IMG/VR virus record: IMGVR_UViG_3300029935_000002 | Coordinates: 4,397 to 68,396 of that record | Strand: one strand, 5' to 3' | Length of the DNA stretch: 64,000 nt | Source: a virus | Shown: one piece after another, positions 1 through 10,704 of the stretch | How positions within the stretch are numbered: the first letter of the stretch is position 1 | How the letters are laid out: every line of letters starts with the position of its first letter | The notes under the pieces: generated by a model | Told to the model about the DNA's origin: nothing | The model's database searches: none | Seen by the model: only the letters and a program-made list of their open reading frames with translations | Program-made: the position numbers and the translations under genes

Positions 1-586
1 CGCTCTTGATCACGTCTTCCTTCGGCACCTGACCAGCGGGCAGCTTACGGACGCGTTCCTTCAGACCTTCGATATGCTTGACCAGCATCGCGTTGGCGTT
101 GAAGAGCTTGGCCAGGAACTGAACCAGCTTGTCACGCAGACGCAGCGCGGCAGCCTTGATCGCGGCCCAGATACGCTTCAGGGTTTCACCGATCTCTTCC
201 ACGACCAGCTTGGTGGAAACAACACGGGTGTTGGTGTTACCGAAGGACTCGGTAGCCGGAACCAGACGGGTCTGAGCACGGATACCCAGGCGGTTACGGA
301 TCGACTCGATGGCGATCGAAGCCATTTCGGCAGCCGACTCGTCCAGGCCTTCACCTTCTTCCACGGTTTCAGAAGCGACTTCGGCGATGTCTTCCAGTTC
401 TTCACCGGCTTGGACAGCGTCTTCGACCTGAGCAACGGTCACGCCGATCTCATCGCCTTCAGCTTGAACTTCGCTCGACTCATCAGCAACGGTCGCAGCA
501 ACTTCAGCTGCTTCGTTTTCATTGATCGACGGGGTGTTATCGACTTCTTCCATGGCGGCCACGAGGCCATTGTTTGCGAAACGCAT
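1..586 (-). CDS. Internal head (inner-body/ejection) protein with acidic propeptide, 3'-truncated by the window edge
   Basis: Hand-translated, absent from the ORF track: RBS AAGGAG, ATG at 586, open to position 1 (MRFANNGLVAAMEEVDNTPS...RLVPATESFGNTNTRVVSTK...). Acidic N-terminus, ATE-S site then basic helical region, as in phiKZ gp93-97/SPN3US gp53-54-type proteins; GC-rich codon bias. Confidence 0.8.
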   Translation of the reverse strand, partial: MRFANNGLVAAMEEVDNTPSINENEAAEVAATVADESSEVQAEGDEIGVTVAQVEDAVQAGEELEDIAEVASETVEEGEGLDESAAEMASIAIESIRNRLGIRAQTRLVPATESFGNTNTRVVSTKLVVEEIGETLKRIWAAIKAAALRLRDKLVQFLAKLFNANAMLVKHIEGLKERVRKLPAGQVPKEDVIKS

Positions 587-714
587 ATGTTGCTCCTTAC
601 TTTTTCGAAAAAGGATTGATCCAAACGTTTGGAGACTCAAGAGTTTACTCTGCAGGGAGTTACAGTAAACCCTCACAGACTTATTTAAAGTCTGTGTCAG
701 CCTTGAGTCAATGG

Positions 715-2172
715 CTAATCTTGAACTGAGAAAGCTTTCACGTTCTCTTTTGTAAAGCGAAGTGCACGTACGAGATATGACGCCACATAGTCATGAACGT
801 CAATCGCAGCAGGAAGATAGACCTTATTCACAAAAGCTTGCTTCAAATACACAAACTCCGCCAAGGACTGATGAAGGGATTTCTTCTCATCAGATTCAAT
901 TAATCCTTGATAGTAGTAACGGTATCCCAGTTTAAGCTTTTCGTTTTCTTTTAGAAGACGTGTATAGGTCGACACATGTTCTAAAGACTGATCGCAAAGC
1001 TTCTCCAGTACATCTAGGAATTGTTCGATTTCCTCGATGGCCATATAATCTACGCTACGTTCAGTTATATGGTCTATTGGATCTACGCCTAAGAATAAAG
1101 AACTTTCTTGATAAGCCTTTGTAATCTCGGGTAATTCCGTCAATGTTGATTTCGGTAACAGACCAATGAATAAGACGCGATCCGGTAAACTCTGTTCATA
1201 GACATAACTGTCAACTAGATCAGGATCCTTAATATAGCCTTTGACACTTTTCTTTAAGAAACGCTGTCTAAAAGGAGAAACGCCTAGAAGTTTAATAGGG
1301 TTAACCTTAACCCCTGAACGACTTAGCTCAATAAACTTACGAACGATATTCAAGTCTTGATCGATGCCATGGTTCACATGTTCAATGATAGTCTTCATAA
1401 AAGAAGACATCACCATAGCACTACCGACAGGACTGGTCTTATTACCATAGGTTAACCAAGAAATGACTTTCTGATCCGTATATTTCTTTTCAGGCTGAGT
1501 CAGTTCTGATTCTTTTAGAGTCTTGATAGTTTCACGTAAAGTACTGATCTCTTCTTTAAACTTAGAAAAAGATCGACTATTACGTTTAACCGCATCAGTT
1601 GCAGAGAGCGTTCCTTTCATCAAGCTTTTCACAGCACGAATAAAAAGATAAGCGACACCCGCACTAAAACGTAAGCCTGCTTCTTTTGTATAGTGCACAC
1701 CAAGCTCTAAAAGCGTCTTAGAGAGGTTAAGTGCAAAGGAAGCAACATACCCTACACCTGAAGAGACTTTATCAACGACAGCGTCTTTAAAGGACTCTGT
1801 GGCTAATTGTGTATAATATTCGTCACGCAATACTTGACTATGGTGAGAAACTCGACCATGTACTGTCGTGATAAGATCAACACTTTCTAGTGCGGGTGTC
1901 TCAATCACCTCTTCATCCAACTTGACTTCGTCAGATGACTGATCATCTTCTTCCGGTTCAGAGGGTTCTTCTGAATCTTCTTTCAATTCTTCAGTCAGAT
2001 CAACTTCTTTTTCCTTTTCAATCTTCTCTTTGACTTTCTCATGAAGAAGATCGTATTCTCCTAGACGCTGAGCATCTTCGGTGTTTTGAAGATGCTGCGT
2101 CAGACTCAACGACTCGTCAAAAGAATCTAAGCTCTCTGTAATAAAGAGGCTATGAGGTTGAGTATGATACAT
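715..2172 (-). CDS. Virion head protein with acidic propeptide (485 aa)
   Basis: E/D-rich N-terminal 100 aa, ALE-S and ATE-S sites, lies in head gene block. Confidence 0.6.
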   Translation of the reverse strand: MYHTQPHSLFITESLDSFDESLSLTQHLQNTEDAQRLGEYDLLHEKVKEKIEKEKEVDLTEELKEDSEEPSEPEEDDQSSDEVKLDEEVIETPALESVDLITTVHGRVSHHSQVLRDEYYTQLATESFKDAVVDKVSSGVGYVASFALNLSKTLLELGVHYTKEAGLRFSAGVAYLFIRAVKSLMKGTLSATDAVKRNSRSFSKFKEEISTLRETIKTLKESELTQPEKKYTDQKVISWLTYGNKTSPVGSAMVMSSFMKTIIEHVNHGIDQDLNIVRKFIELSRSGVKVNPIKLLGVSPFRQRFLKKSVKGYIKDPDLVDSYVYEQSLPDRVLFIGLLPKSTLTELPEITKAYQESSLFLGVDPIDHITERSVDYMAIEEIEQFLDVLEKLCDQSLEHVSTYTRLLKENEKLKLGYRYYYQGLIESDEKKSLHQSLAEFVYLKQAFVNKVYLPAAIDVHDYVASYLVRALRFTKENVKAFSVQD

Positions 2173-2175
2173 GAC

Positions 2176-2787
2176 TTAAGACTTCTTAACAGAGACAGAA
2201 GCGATCCCTTGACGACGACCAAAAATGGTGTGCAAAGTCTCAAGTAGATCACAGAACCCGTTGATGTCTTTTGTCCACTGACTCAGAAGGTCAGAAATAA
2301 GAACAGAGCTCCCTTCTTGAATGTATTCGTTAAGAAGTTCATCAGCATCATGTTCATCATGCGGATAAGTACGTGAAGTTTCACCGGCATGCAGTAGACG
2401 ATAATACTGATAGTTCTCAATTGTCTTAGGTTTCTTATTCAATACTGAACACAGCGCTTCTTGGAGATACTTACGATGAAGGTATCCTACTGTACGCTGC
2501 ATCAGTTGAAGTTTGAGCCAAGGAACGATCGAGGTTGAAGAGAAGACCCGATAGGTTGCTTTGATGATCTGTTCTCGAAACTCAAATCGATTTATCAGAC
2601 TATTGTCTTTCCTGAATGAGTGAAAGAGTTTCTCAATTTCTTCATCGTAGTAGTTATCGGTATCTTTGACTCGATAGTCTAGTACATAAAGACTGTCTCG
2701 AAACGTCAGATCCGGTTCTGTGGACTTAATGAGTGCATGAGGCTGTGTCGTAACAAAGCCTGACTGCAGAACATAGATTCGGCTCAT
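2176..2787 (-). CDS. Conserved hypothetical/virion protein (203 aa)
   Basis: ORF coupled to neighbours in head operon. Confidence 0.5.
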   Translation of the reverse strand: MSRIYVLQSGFVTTQPHALIKSTEPDLTFRDSLYVLDYRVKDTDNYYDEEIEKLFHSFRKDNSLINRFEFREQIIKATYRVFSSTSIVPWLKLQLMQRTVGYLHRKYLQEALCSVLNKKPKTIENYQYYRLLHAGETSRTYPHDEHDADELLNEYIQEGSSVLISDLLSQWTKDINGFCDLLETLHTIFGRRQGIASVSVKKS

Positions 2788-3704
2788 TATTTATCCTCGC
2801 TGATATTCTCTTCCACTTCACGAAGATAACGGTCATAGTTTTCAATACGGGTCTGAAGACGTTCGATCTCCTTAACCACACTCGCATCGGTCGTATTGTC
2901 TTTTTGCATCTGAAGATATAGCAGACGCAGTTCAAGCTGTTGCTTTTTAGCCTTAGCGGACTCATAGCGGTCATTTTGCCACTTAGCCACGACAAGACGA
3001 ATACGATAAATCGGATTACCGACAAAACCCGAGATCCCATAACGCTCAAACGGATCAAGCTCATTGCTCTTAAAGAACCCAGAAGCGGCTTGATTATTTT
3101 GTTCAGCTAAGAAGACTTCAGGCACTTCGCCAATAAGAAGCTTAAAGTCCTTGGTCGGCATCGTGTACTCACTAAAGAGCTTTACAAAGCGAACAAAGTT
3201 TTGATCGACATACTTCAGTTCAGCTTTAGAGATTTCCAGAGAAGGCTCTAGACCGATGTCGTGATGCTTGGCTTCCACAGTGTAGAGATAGTTCAAAAGT
3301 GCAAGCAGATAACGGGTTGTTAGTGAGAGGTTACTTGCACTGCGCAGGATAAACGCGTTCTTTGCAGTGAGACCTTCAGTGATGATGTCTTTTTCAAGAT
3401 GTTTATCGAGGACAGATTGAAGATGAACAATGTTCTCATGAAGCACCGAGACACGACGGGCGATATCTTGAACAAAGTTCTGGGCTTTGTTCGCTTTACG
3501 CAAATCGTAATTACGGTAGAAGAGCGCATTCATCTCTTCAAATTCACTCGAAGCAGGCTTATTGAGCTTAAAGTGCTCAGCGGCTGCATTCCAAGCAGGC
3601 AGAACAATACCATCCGCTTCCTTCTCAGTTGTCCGAAGATCTTCAGCGACGGTCATTCGGTCGATACGAGGAAGCAGCTTTTTAACAAAGTTAAAGATAC
3701 TCAC
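2787..3704 (-). CDS. Putative inner-body head protein (phiKZ gp90-like position, 305 aa)
   Basis: Coiled-coil C-terminus; position in head block (recalled synteny). Confidence 0.5.
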   Translation of the reverse strand: MSIFNFVKKLLPRIDRMTVAEDLRTTEKEADGIVLPAWNAAAEHFKLNKPASSEFEEMNALFYRNYDLRKANKAQNFVQDIARRVSVLHENIVHLQSVLDKHLEKDIITEGLTAKNAFILRSASNLSLTTRYLLALLNYLYTVEAKHHDIGLEPSLEISKAELKYVDQNFVRFVKLFSEYTMPTKDFKLLIGEVPEVFLAEQNNQAASGFFKSNELDPFERYGISGFVGNPIYRIRLVVAKWQNDRYESAKAKKQQLELRLLYLQMQKDNTTDASVVKEIERLQTRIENYDRYLREVEENISEDK

Positions 3705-3744
3705 GATTTGAGTGCTCCTGAATAGGTTTTAATGGGTTTTAAGA

Positions 3745-4857
3745 TTAGAACGAGGGTGCCTTGCCTTCCAGCAAAGAACGCATGATGTCACCTACATCAG
3801 GACCCTTATTCTTACCAGCAGACTTCATGGCGCGAACACTCAAAGTCGAAGGATACGCAATCCCGTTAAAATAGAACGTGACTTGTTCCCATTCAGGATC
3901 GACCACAGCAACGATCATGGCGTAGGTATTCTCAAGGATCTTCTCACGACCCTTAGGATCTTTAAAGCGATAGCCGACTTTAGCTTCAATGGCGGCTGCA
4001 GTATCCTTCGACAGGATGTAGATATTGCTTGCAGTGGCCAGAGAGGGATTCTTGGTCAAGAGTCCGTAGGTGCGGTTATTGTTAACGCGACGCACGATCT
4101 CATTCAGTGTACCCGTCTTGTCCTTAATTGCAGCACGACGATATTCATTGATCAGATCTTGACAGAAGATCATGTCACGAATAAATGAGATACGACCTGC
4201 TCGCCATGCATGGTAACGCTCTACCATCCCAACGTCCATCTTGCGATGGGTGAAGATGTGTGAAAGAGATTCTTCATTAAGCAAGGCAGGAGACAAACGA
4301 ACACTGACCGGGACATTGACCGTTTTTGACTTACCATCGTCAGTAGGAACTGAGATACTAACATTAATTAGCTTACCCACCGCAAGATTGGCGGTTTCGT
4401 AAATAGTCTTGACGTTGGTGGAGTCGTAACCTGCGTTGTCTTGTGCTTCTACAGCCATAACTGACTTTGTCGGCAAAGAGAACTTATAGTTTTCAGAGAT
4501 CAGATTCTGAATATTCTCATTAGCATAACGACCACCCAGAAGAAAACCCGTTGAATCACGATCAGGATTCAGACGATCCAAGATACGAACAACTTCGATA
4601 TCGTTGATGGTGGTGAGCATCGAGACTGCTTGCAAGAAGTAGCCTGAGTAGATGCTGGCAACGTTATTCAGAAGGTCAGGAAGATACTCCAGGTTCGCGC
4701 AATCGTGTGAAATGATCGTCAGGGGTTCGGCTCGGGTGAGCTTGGTGATCGAAGTCAATGACTGGTCTGTAAAATGACCAGCGACATTATTCTTAAAGTA
4801 GTCCAGCGCCTTAGACACAGCGGTGAGCGTAGCGTTGGTCGTCGTCACTAAGTCCAT
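3745..4857 (-). CDS. Putative inner-body head protein (phiKZ gp89-like position, 370 aa)
   Basis: Position, size, AVE-A site, divergent from baseplate pair. Confidence 0.5.
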   Translation of the reverse strand: MDLVTTTNATLTAVSKALDYFKNNVAGHFTDQSLTSITKLTRAEPLTIISHDCANLEYLPDLLNNVASIYSGYFLQAVSMLTTINDIEVVRILDRLNPDRDSTGFLLGGRYANENIQNLISENYKFSLPTKSVMAVEAQDNAGYDSTNVKTIYETANLAVGKLINVSISVPTDDGKSKTVNVPVSVRLSPALLNEESLSHIFTHRKMDVGMVERYHAWRAGRISFIRDMIFCQDLINEYRRAAIKDKTGTLNEIVRRVNNNRTYGLLTKNPSLATASNIYILSKDTAAAIEAKVGYRFKDPKGREKILENTYAMIVAVVDPEWEQVTFYFNGIAYPSTLSVRAMKSAGKNKGPDVGDIMRSLLEGKAPSF

Positions 4858-5003
4858 GTTTGAAAAGCCTCATTCATTTACGTTTATTAAAAAGAGTCGA
4901 TGGCCGGTAGTGCGCTGTTCCAGATTCTTATCAAATCTGGACATCACGACACCTAAAGAGCCGCGCCCACCTGGTCACCATATTTAGCTCTCAGGGAAAA
5001 CAC

Positions 5004-6089
5004 ATGTCTTCTGCCGTTACATCTAAGTCAATGGATGAGCTCTTTAGTGGAATGCCAACCGGTTCCCTAGATCGAGCCATCTTAAATAATCTCAAGGGAA
5101 TAAACCACCGTCAAATCCAAGGCATGCTTCCTTCTAATAAGGATATGCCTGGATTAACATTCTTTGTTCGTCCTCAGCTTAATATGCAAAGGGATAACAT
5201 TCGGAACGTTCGGCAACTGGCTTCTTTATTGACTTCTGTTCCAGTTAGTATCCAAACTTATATTCGGTGTATTTTAGATCCTCGTCTTATGACTGGGATC
5301 TCTTATAATACTGGGTCTATTCCTCCGATCAACTGCCCTATTGTGGATAATCAGTCGGCGTTTATTCCGATCCTAACGAATAACCTGACTTCGATGAGCG
5401 GCTGGCCCAGTATTGCTGTTCCAACCTTTACTTCAAAACCAGGGCTTTATAATGAATCCTACGCCATGGTTGATGGTCGAGTACTGAATAATGAAGTCTT
5501 TGATCTTTCAGTTAACTTCAGGAATACTCGAGGTGATCCTGTTCTTTATCTTTTCTATGTCTGGGCTTTGTACATGTCGATGGTCTTTGAAGGAAAGCTG
5601 GTTCCTTACTTAGACTTTATCACAGAAAACGAGATTGACTATAATACCCGGATCTATCGACTCGTTCTTGATTATAAGAAAGAGAAGGTGACAAAGATTA
5701 CGGCATGTAATGCAGCATTTCCAGTTGGGGTTCCTATAGGCGATGCGTTTGATATCCCAGGAGATAAACCCTACTCAGAAGCCAATAAAGAAATTGGGAT
5801 GCGGTTTAAGTGTATGGGTGTAAACTACTTTGACGATATTCTTGTTAAAGAGTTTAATGACACTGTTGCAATCTTTAATCCGAGTATGGCTGATGACCGT
5901 CGTGATAGCGATATGATTGCTGTACCAGCCCCCATGATTCAGGCATTTAACCATCGCGGCTATCCAAGAATCGAACCCTCAACCAGTAAGCTCGAGTGGT
6001 ATGTTCCAATCGAGTCCTATACACAAAAGGCTGGACAGATTCTAGACGCAATCCCTGAAGCCAACTCTGAAGAATTTGAAGGCGATTAA
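5004..6089 (+). CDS. Virion tail/baseplate structural protein (phiKZ gp88-like position, 361 aa)
   Basis: Beta-rich ORF directly upstream of 975-aa baseplate-like gene; recalled synteny. Confidence 0.5.
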   Translation: MSSAVTSKSMDELFSGMPTGSLDRAILNNLKGINHRQIQGMLPSNKDMPGLTFFVRPQLNMQRDNIRNVRQLASLLTSVPVSIQTYIRCILDPRLMTGISYNTGSIPPINCPIVDNQSAFIPILTNNLTSMSGWPSIAVPTFTSKPGLYNESYAMVDGRVLNNEVFDLSVNFRNTRGDPVLYLFYVWALYMSMVFEGKLVPYLDFITENEIDYNTRIYRLVLDYKKEKVTKITACNAAFPVGVPIGDAFDIPGDKPYSEANKEIGMRFKCMGVNYFDDILVKEFNDTVAIFNPSMADDRRDSDMIAVPAPMIQAFNHRGYPRIEPSTSKLEWYVPIESYTQKAGQILDAIPEANSEEFEGD

Positions 6090-6092
6090 TCC

Positions 6093-9020
6093 ATGGACTT
6101 GACAAACTATAAACCCACTGCTATCTCGACCCTGAAAGATAAGTTTGGTTCGGCACGCTATGACCCAACCATGCTTATTAAAGCAGAGATTGAAACTGTA
6201 CAAGAAATCACAAATGGCAAAACCATGCTCGTGGACGCCACGAACCCCATGGTCATGCTTATGGAAATGGCTGCTGTGCTCTCAGCTAACTGTATCCAAG
6301 AAAACCAAGTTCTTCTCAGAAAGCAATATCCTTCACTCGCCATGAATGAAGAAGATATCTATCTTCACATGAGTGACGAAGACTATCTGAATCGATTTGC
6401 TTCGCCTGCTACAGGTCAGTTTGTCTTTGGACTTCAAGTTCAAGACATGATGCGTCAGATGGTTTTTGATCCAGCTGAGAATGCGTATAAGTTAATTATT
6501 CCGAGAGATTCTACCATTGTTGTCGATGGTGTCACATTTACACTACTGTATCCAATTGTAATTCGTCGCTATGAGAATGGGGCTGTTCAGATTAGCTATG
6601 ATCCTTCTATCAAGAATCCTGTCTTTACCTTAAAGAATACAATCATCGATTATAGTGTTCGAAGGGGTGCTTCTTTAGAAGATTGGATCTTCTTTAATCT
6701 AAGTGCCGAACAGGTTCAGATTACACCCAGTTATTTTGTCATCGATAAGACGTATAATTTCCGTAAGGAGATTGTTCTTATCGATCAGTTCTATTACGCG
6801 CGTGCTTTTTATAAGAATGAAAATACGTTAGGTCAGTGGGTTGAAGTGCTTACGACCCATACAGACCAAGTATTTGATGTCTCTAAGCCTACAGTGGTCT
6901 TTAAGGTCTTAGATGGTAGCTTGGTCGTTCAGATTCCAGTTGTCTATTTAACCACTGGTGTTTTGTCCGGTGAGCTCCGAGTCGATGTCTATACAACAAA
7001 GGGTTCGATTTCTTTAAATCTTCAAAACTATCGTCAAGATGCTTTTGAAGTGACACTTAAAGCGATTGATGAAGTTCGTGACCTGAACAAGTATACCGAA
7101 GCCATGTCTGGGGTTTCTTTTTACGCCTATAGCTTTGATACTGTTACAGGCGGAAAGAATCAGCTTGACTTTGAAACACTAAGAGAACGCGTCATCTATA
7201 ACTCAGTCGGTCCTCAGAATCTACCGATCACCAATATTCAATTGTCTGCTGAAGCCGAGAATAACGGCTTTGAGATCGTCAAAAACGTCGATGTTTTAAC
7301 AAACCGTGTTTTCTTAGGGACACGTAAACTTCCTACACCGTCAAATGAAAAACTGATTACGCCTGCAAACATCGGCATTGTCACTTTTACGACGAAACTT
7401 GAAGATATTAAAGACCATTATAACGTTAGCCATAATTTAGAGCGTCTAACCGTTCACTCTAAGTCTATTTGGCTTAATCAAAATAGTCAGCTAAGTTTAG
7501 TAGGTCGTGCTGAGATTGATGCGCTAAACGCCATGAATCAGACAGCGATGGTAAGTAAGATCAATACGTCTCAGTACTTCTATACGCCATTTTACTATGT
7601 CCTCGATGCTAGCGGAGATGAGTTTGAAGTGCGTGCGTATGCACTCGACCAGCCCTATGCTAAGGATCTGAACTTTATTCGACAAAACCAGACACTTCAA
7701 CTTTTTGTCAACACCGCAACATATGAGCTTACAAAAACACCTTCTGGTTTTGTATTGAGAGTCATCACTCGTTCTGGCAACTATTATCGTCAAATGGATA
7801 ATAACCAGGTTGGAATTCAGCTGGCTTTTAATCCCAAGGGTGAAACAACCTACGCTTACATTAACGGAGAAATTGAATCTGTTAATGAGGAAGGTGAGCG
7901 CATTTATAAGTTTGAGATTAAGTCTAATCATGACCTTGATCAAAATAACTTAATTTGCATCACCAACAGCACAGTACAAGGTATTACTGACTATAAAGCC
8001 TGGATTGATCTTGAAACCACTTTTAAACTGATTCACCATACTTCGTCTGTGACACAGAACTTTATTGCTGATGAAACGGATCAGATTGTGGGTAAGTTTA
8101 TGTTGTCTGATGGTAGCGTCGGTAATAGTCTAGAAGAATTGACGCTTCACTTTGGAGATGCATTAAGTAATCTCTGGAGAAGGTCGCGCTCTTATAAGAC
8201 TGATCGTCTATATCGAACCCATCAAGTCGATGTCCCATTACTGTATGAACATGATGTCTTTGATATTGACCCCGTTACAGGCAGTATCTTTAAGTTTACT
8301 ACTGAAGGTGAGATGGAATATCTCTATAAACATCGCCAAGGGGATCCTGTTCTTGATGAAGAAGGCAATCCTGTCTTTAAATATAAAGCAGGTGACGTCA
8401 TGCTCGATGAGAATGGAGAACCTATCTTTGATGTTAATCTGTCTACAGGTCGAGAGATGGACCTTCTTGTAGTCGATGGTCGTTATCTCTTTGCTAACGA
8501 TACAGCAACGATTCAGTATCGTCGAGAGATTGAAGAGACTTTGGTGAGCTGGATCACCGATGATATCACCGATCTTCAAACACGGCTTCTTGAACAAACC
8601 CGTATCTTCTTCTATCCGAAGACCACGCTGGGTGTGATTCAGGTCTATACAGAAAATGGTGGAGAAGACTATCTCTTTGCCGAACAAGCTTTTACCATCA
8701 GTCTTTATGTGAAGTATGCCATTTATAATGACCCTGAGATTCGTGAGACGCTAAGGAACTCAACGGTGAGGCTCCTTGATACGTACATTGGTCAGCAGAC
8801 GATCAATATGACTGAGATCTTTGGAGAACTTCGTGAACTTTATGGTGAATCGGTTTCTGCTTTCCAGATTCAAGGACTGGGCGGAGATCGTAATTATCAG
8901 TTTGTTCGTGTTGCTTCTGAGAAGAATAAACTTTGTCTCCAAAAGCAACTCATTATTCAGGCTGATAAGAGCATGATTGTGGAAGATGCAGTTACAGTTG
9001 AATTTAAACTTGTAAGTTAA
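6093..9020 (+). CDS. Baseplate wedge-like structural protein (phiKZ gp87-like position, 975 aa)
   Basis: NPMVMLMEMAA and GGKNQLDFETLRERVI segments resemble baseplate-J/gp6-type motifs; size and synteny. Confidence 0.55.
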   Translation: MDLTNYKPTAISTLKDKFGSARYDPTMLIKAEIETVQEITNGKTMLVDATNPMVMLMEMAAVLSANCIQENQVLLRKQYPSLAMNEEDIYLHMSDEDYLNRFASPATGQFVFGLQVQDMMRQMVFDPAENAYKLIIPRDSTIVVDGVTFTLLYPIVIRRYENGAVQISYDPSIKNPVFTLKNTIIDYSVRRGASLEDWIFFNLSAEQVQITPSYFVIDKTYNFRKEIVLIDQFYYARAFYKNENTLGQWVEVLTTHTDQVFDVSKPTVVFKVLDGSLVVQIPVVYLTTGVLSGELRVDVYTTKGSISLNLQNYRQDAFEVTLKAIDEVRDLNKYTEAMSGVSFYAYSFDTVTGGKNQLDFETLRERVIYNSVGPQNLPITNIQLSAEAENNGFEIVKNVDVLTNRVFLGTRKLPTPSNEKLITPANIGIVTFTTKLEDIKDHYNVSHNLERLTVHSKSIWLNQNSQLSLVGRAEIDALNAMNQTAMVSKINTSQYFYTPFYYVLDASGDEFEVRAYALDQPYAKDLNFIRQNQTLQLFVNTATYELTKTPSGFVLRVITRSGNYYRQMDNNQVGIQLAFNPKGETTYAYINGEIESVNEEGERIYKFEIKSNHDLDQNNLICITNSTVQGITDYKAWIDLETTFKLIHHTSSVTQNFIADETDQIVGKFMLSDGSVGNSLEELTLHFGDALSNLWRRSRSYKTDRLYRTHQVDVPLLYEHDVFDIDPVTGSIFKFTTEGEMEYLYKHRQGDPVLDEEGNPVFKYKAGDVMLDENGEPIFDVNLSTGREMDLLVVDGRYLFANDTATIQYRREIEETLVSWITDDITDLQTRLLEQTRIFFYPKTTLGVIQVYTENGGEDYLFAEQAFTISLYVKYAIYNDPEIRETLRNSTVRLLDTYIGQQTINMTEIFGELRELYGESVSAFQIQGLGGDRNYQFVRVASEKNKLCLQKQLIIQADKSMIVEDAVTVEFKLVS

Positions 9021-9022
9021 AC

Positions 9023-9056
9023 CATAGAGAGGAGGGCAGACGCCCTCCTCTCTATG
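9023..9056. terminator. Bidirectional terminator-like hairpin
   Basis: CATAGAGAGGAGGGC-agac-GCCCTCCTCTCTATG, 15-bp perfect stem between convergent genes. Confidence 0.75.
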
Positions 9057-9061
9057 TAGTC

Positions 9062-10207
9062 TTAGTATTTTTGATCTAGAACATTACGGCAAGCGTTCAT
9101 ATAAGCCTGTGCATAATGACAGAACCACCGCGCGGCATTAAGATGTCGATAGTACTTTGTCAAGCCACGCAGATATGCTCTAACCCGTGGCAAGAGTTCT
9201 TCAATCTGACTGAGTTTTTCTTCAATAGTACCTTCGCTCAGGATCAACTCAAGCTTAGGATAAATGTCTTCTTGGATAGCTAACATCTCTTCATTTGTGG
9301 CCTGAAGATAAGTTCCAAGACGATTCTCTGCAAAGCATGAAAGCAGTGACAGATAATCAAAAGAAACAAAGGCATCGCTGTCTTTCTGATATTCTTTTAG
9401 GAGTTCTTCATTTTGTCGATGGACAAAGATCTGAGCAGAACGATAAAGGTCTCTGAACTCAACGCTATTAAAAGAGTCAAATAAACCTTTAATAATAGCT
9501 TTCTTAGGGAAAGCTTCCGGGATATTATCAAACTCGCTATAGTCTAAGCCACTGTGAATCATTCGAACTCTAAAATCAACCAGTTCATTTCTGGTATTGT
9601 AGAGTAGGAAGTTACGAGACTGACTTGCTCTCTGAAGATCAAGAAGGGCTTCGTGATTCAGTTGTTCAAGAAGCTCTGCTGTCTGAGGATAGCGTTCATC
9701 TACAATACAGTTCAAAAGGAGTTGTGCTTCTTTTGCTTCGGTATTGATGAACTGAATAAAAGTATTCAGAACTTCCTGTTGTTCTTTCTGATATTCCGAC
9801 TGAACAAAGTTTTGAGATGCTTTTAGATGTGTCTTTGTTGGAACTTGAGTAAACTCATTACTCGGTGCAACGACCTCTGAAAAAGATTCAAAGACGCGAT
9901 TGAGTTCTTCTGCGGTCGATTGACTAATTGTTTCAGATGACAACACAGTATCCGTGATCTCATCGAGACTATGAAGTCGACTAATACCATCTTCAGTTGT
10001 TTGAAGGGCGGTGTCGTAGTCTTGAAGAACGATCATGGATTTAACCATGGCTTCATCATCTTCAGCCGGTTCAACCTTGACAATTGCACGATCTTTAATT
10101 TGATCGTCAATTTCAGGTTCTTTAATAAAAGAAGCTTCTTGATCCAATTCGTCTAAGGCTTCGGCATTAAGCGACATAGTGATCGGTTTCCTTCGGTTGA
10201 TCAGCAT
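9062..10207 (-). CDS. Putative head protein (381 aa; true start may be MSLNAE)
   Basis: Acidic N-terminus, helical body; head gene cluster. Confidence 0.5.
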   Translation of the reverse strand: MLINRRKPITMSLNAEALDELDQEASFIKEPEIDDQIKDRAIVKVEPAEDDEAMVKSMIVLQDYDTALQTTEDGISRLHSLDEITDTVLSSETISQSTAEELNRVFESFSEVVAPSNEFTQVPTKTHLKASQNFVQSEYQKEQQEVLNTFIQFINTEAKEAQLLLNCIVDERYPQTAELLEQLNHEALLDLQRASQSRNFLLYNTRNELVDFRVRMIHSGLDYSEFDNIPEAFPKKAIIKGLFDSFNSVEFRDLYRSAQIFVHRQNEELLKEYQKDSDAFVSFDYLSLLSCFAENRLGTYLQATNEEMLAIQEDIYPKLELILSEGTIEEKLSQIEELLPRVRAYLRGLTKYYRHLNAARWFCHYAQAYMNACRNVLDQKY

Positions 10208-10682
10208 TGATCAGCTTATCTTGATGTTCTTTCATATCAGACATTAGACGCTGAAGACCACTGATGAGCTGCGTCAGTTTTTCAGCATTTTCTTTGATGT
10301 CACAGATTGTCTCTTCGGAGATACACTGCGTTAAACCGAAGAAGTCTTCAAGAGCATGATCTTCACGCAGCGCCAGCGGGATCTCAGGCGGGTTCATCGC
10401 ACGATAACGAAGACGATAGAAACCAAGCACCAGTTCTTTAGCTGCCTTTGCGTCAAAGGGTGTCAGTTCATTAATTTTATCAAGCTTAGCGAGCGTCATC
10501 TGCTCATGCTGAAGTCGATAGTATTGTGTCAGATCTTCAACCTTCTCAACCGGTAAAGGTAAAGACTGCGCGACAACGTAAGCAGCTGCAATCACAAAAC
10601 ACTTACTGCGATTGGTTGAGAATGAAGAAACCCGACCTACAAATTCAATCGAGGGCTTAGAGAGGGAAGAAATACCGTACAT
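10167..10682 (-). CDS. Hypothetical virion-cluster protein (171 aa)
   Basis: ORF with AGGA RBS in operon. Confidence 0.5.
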   Translation of the reverse strand: MYGISSLSKPSIEFVGRVSSFSTNRSKCFVIAAAYVVAQSLPLPVEKVEDLTQYYRLQHEQMTLAKLDKINELTPFDAKAAKELVLGFYRLRYRAMNPPEIPLALREDHALEDFFGLTQCISEETICDIKENAEKLTQLISGLQRLMSDMKEHQDKLINADQPKETDHYVA

Positions 10683-10704
10683 TTTGTTTTATCCTTGAAA
10701 AAGA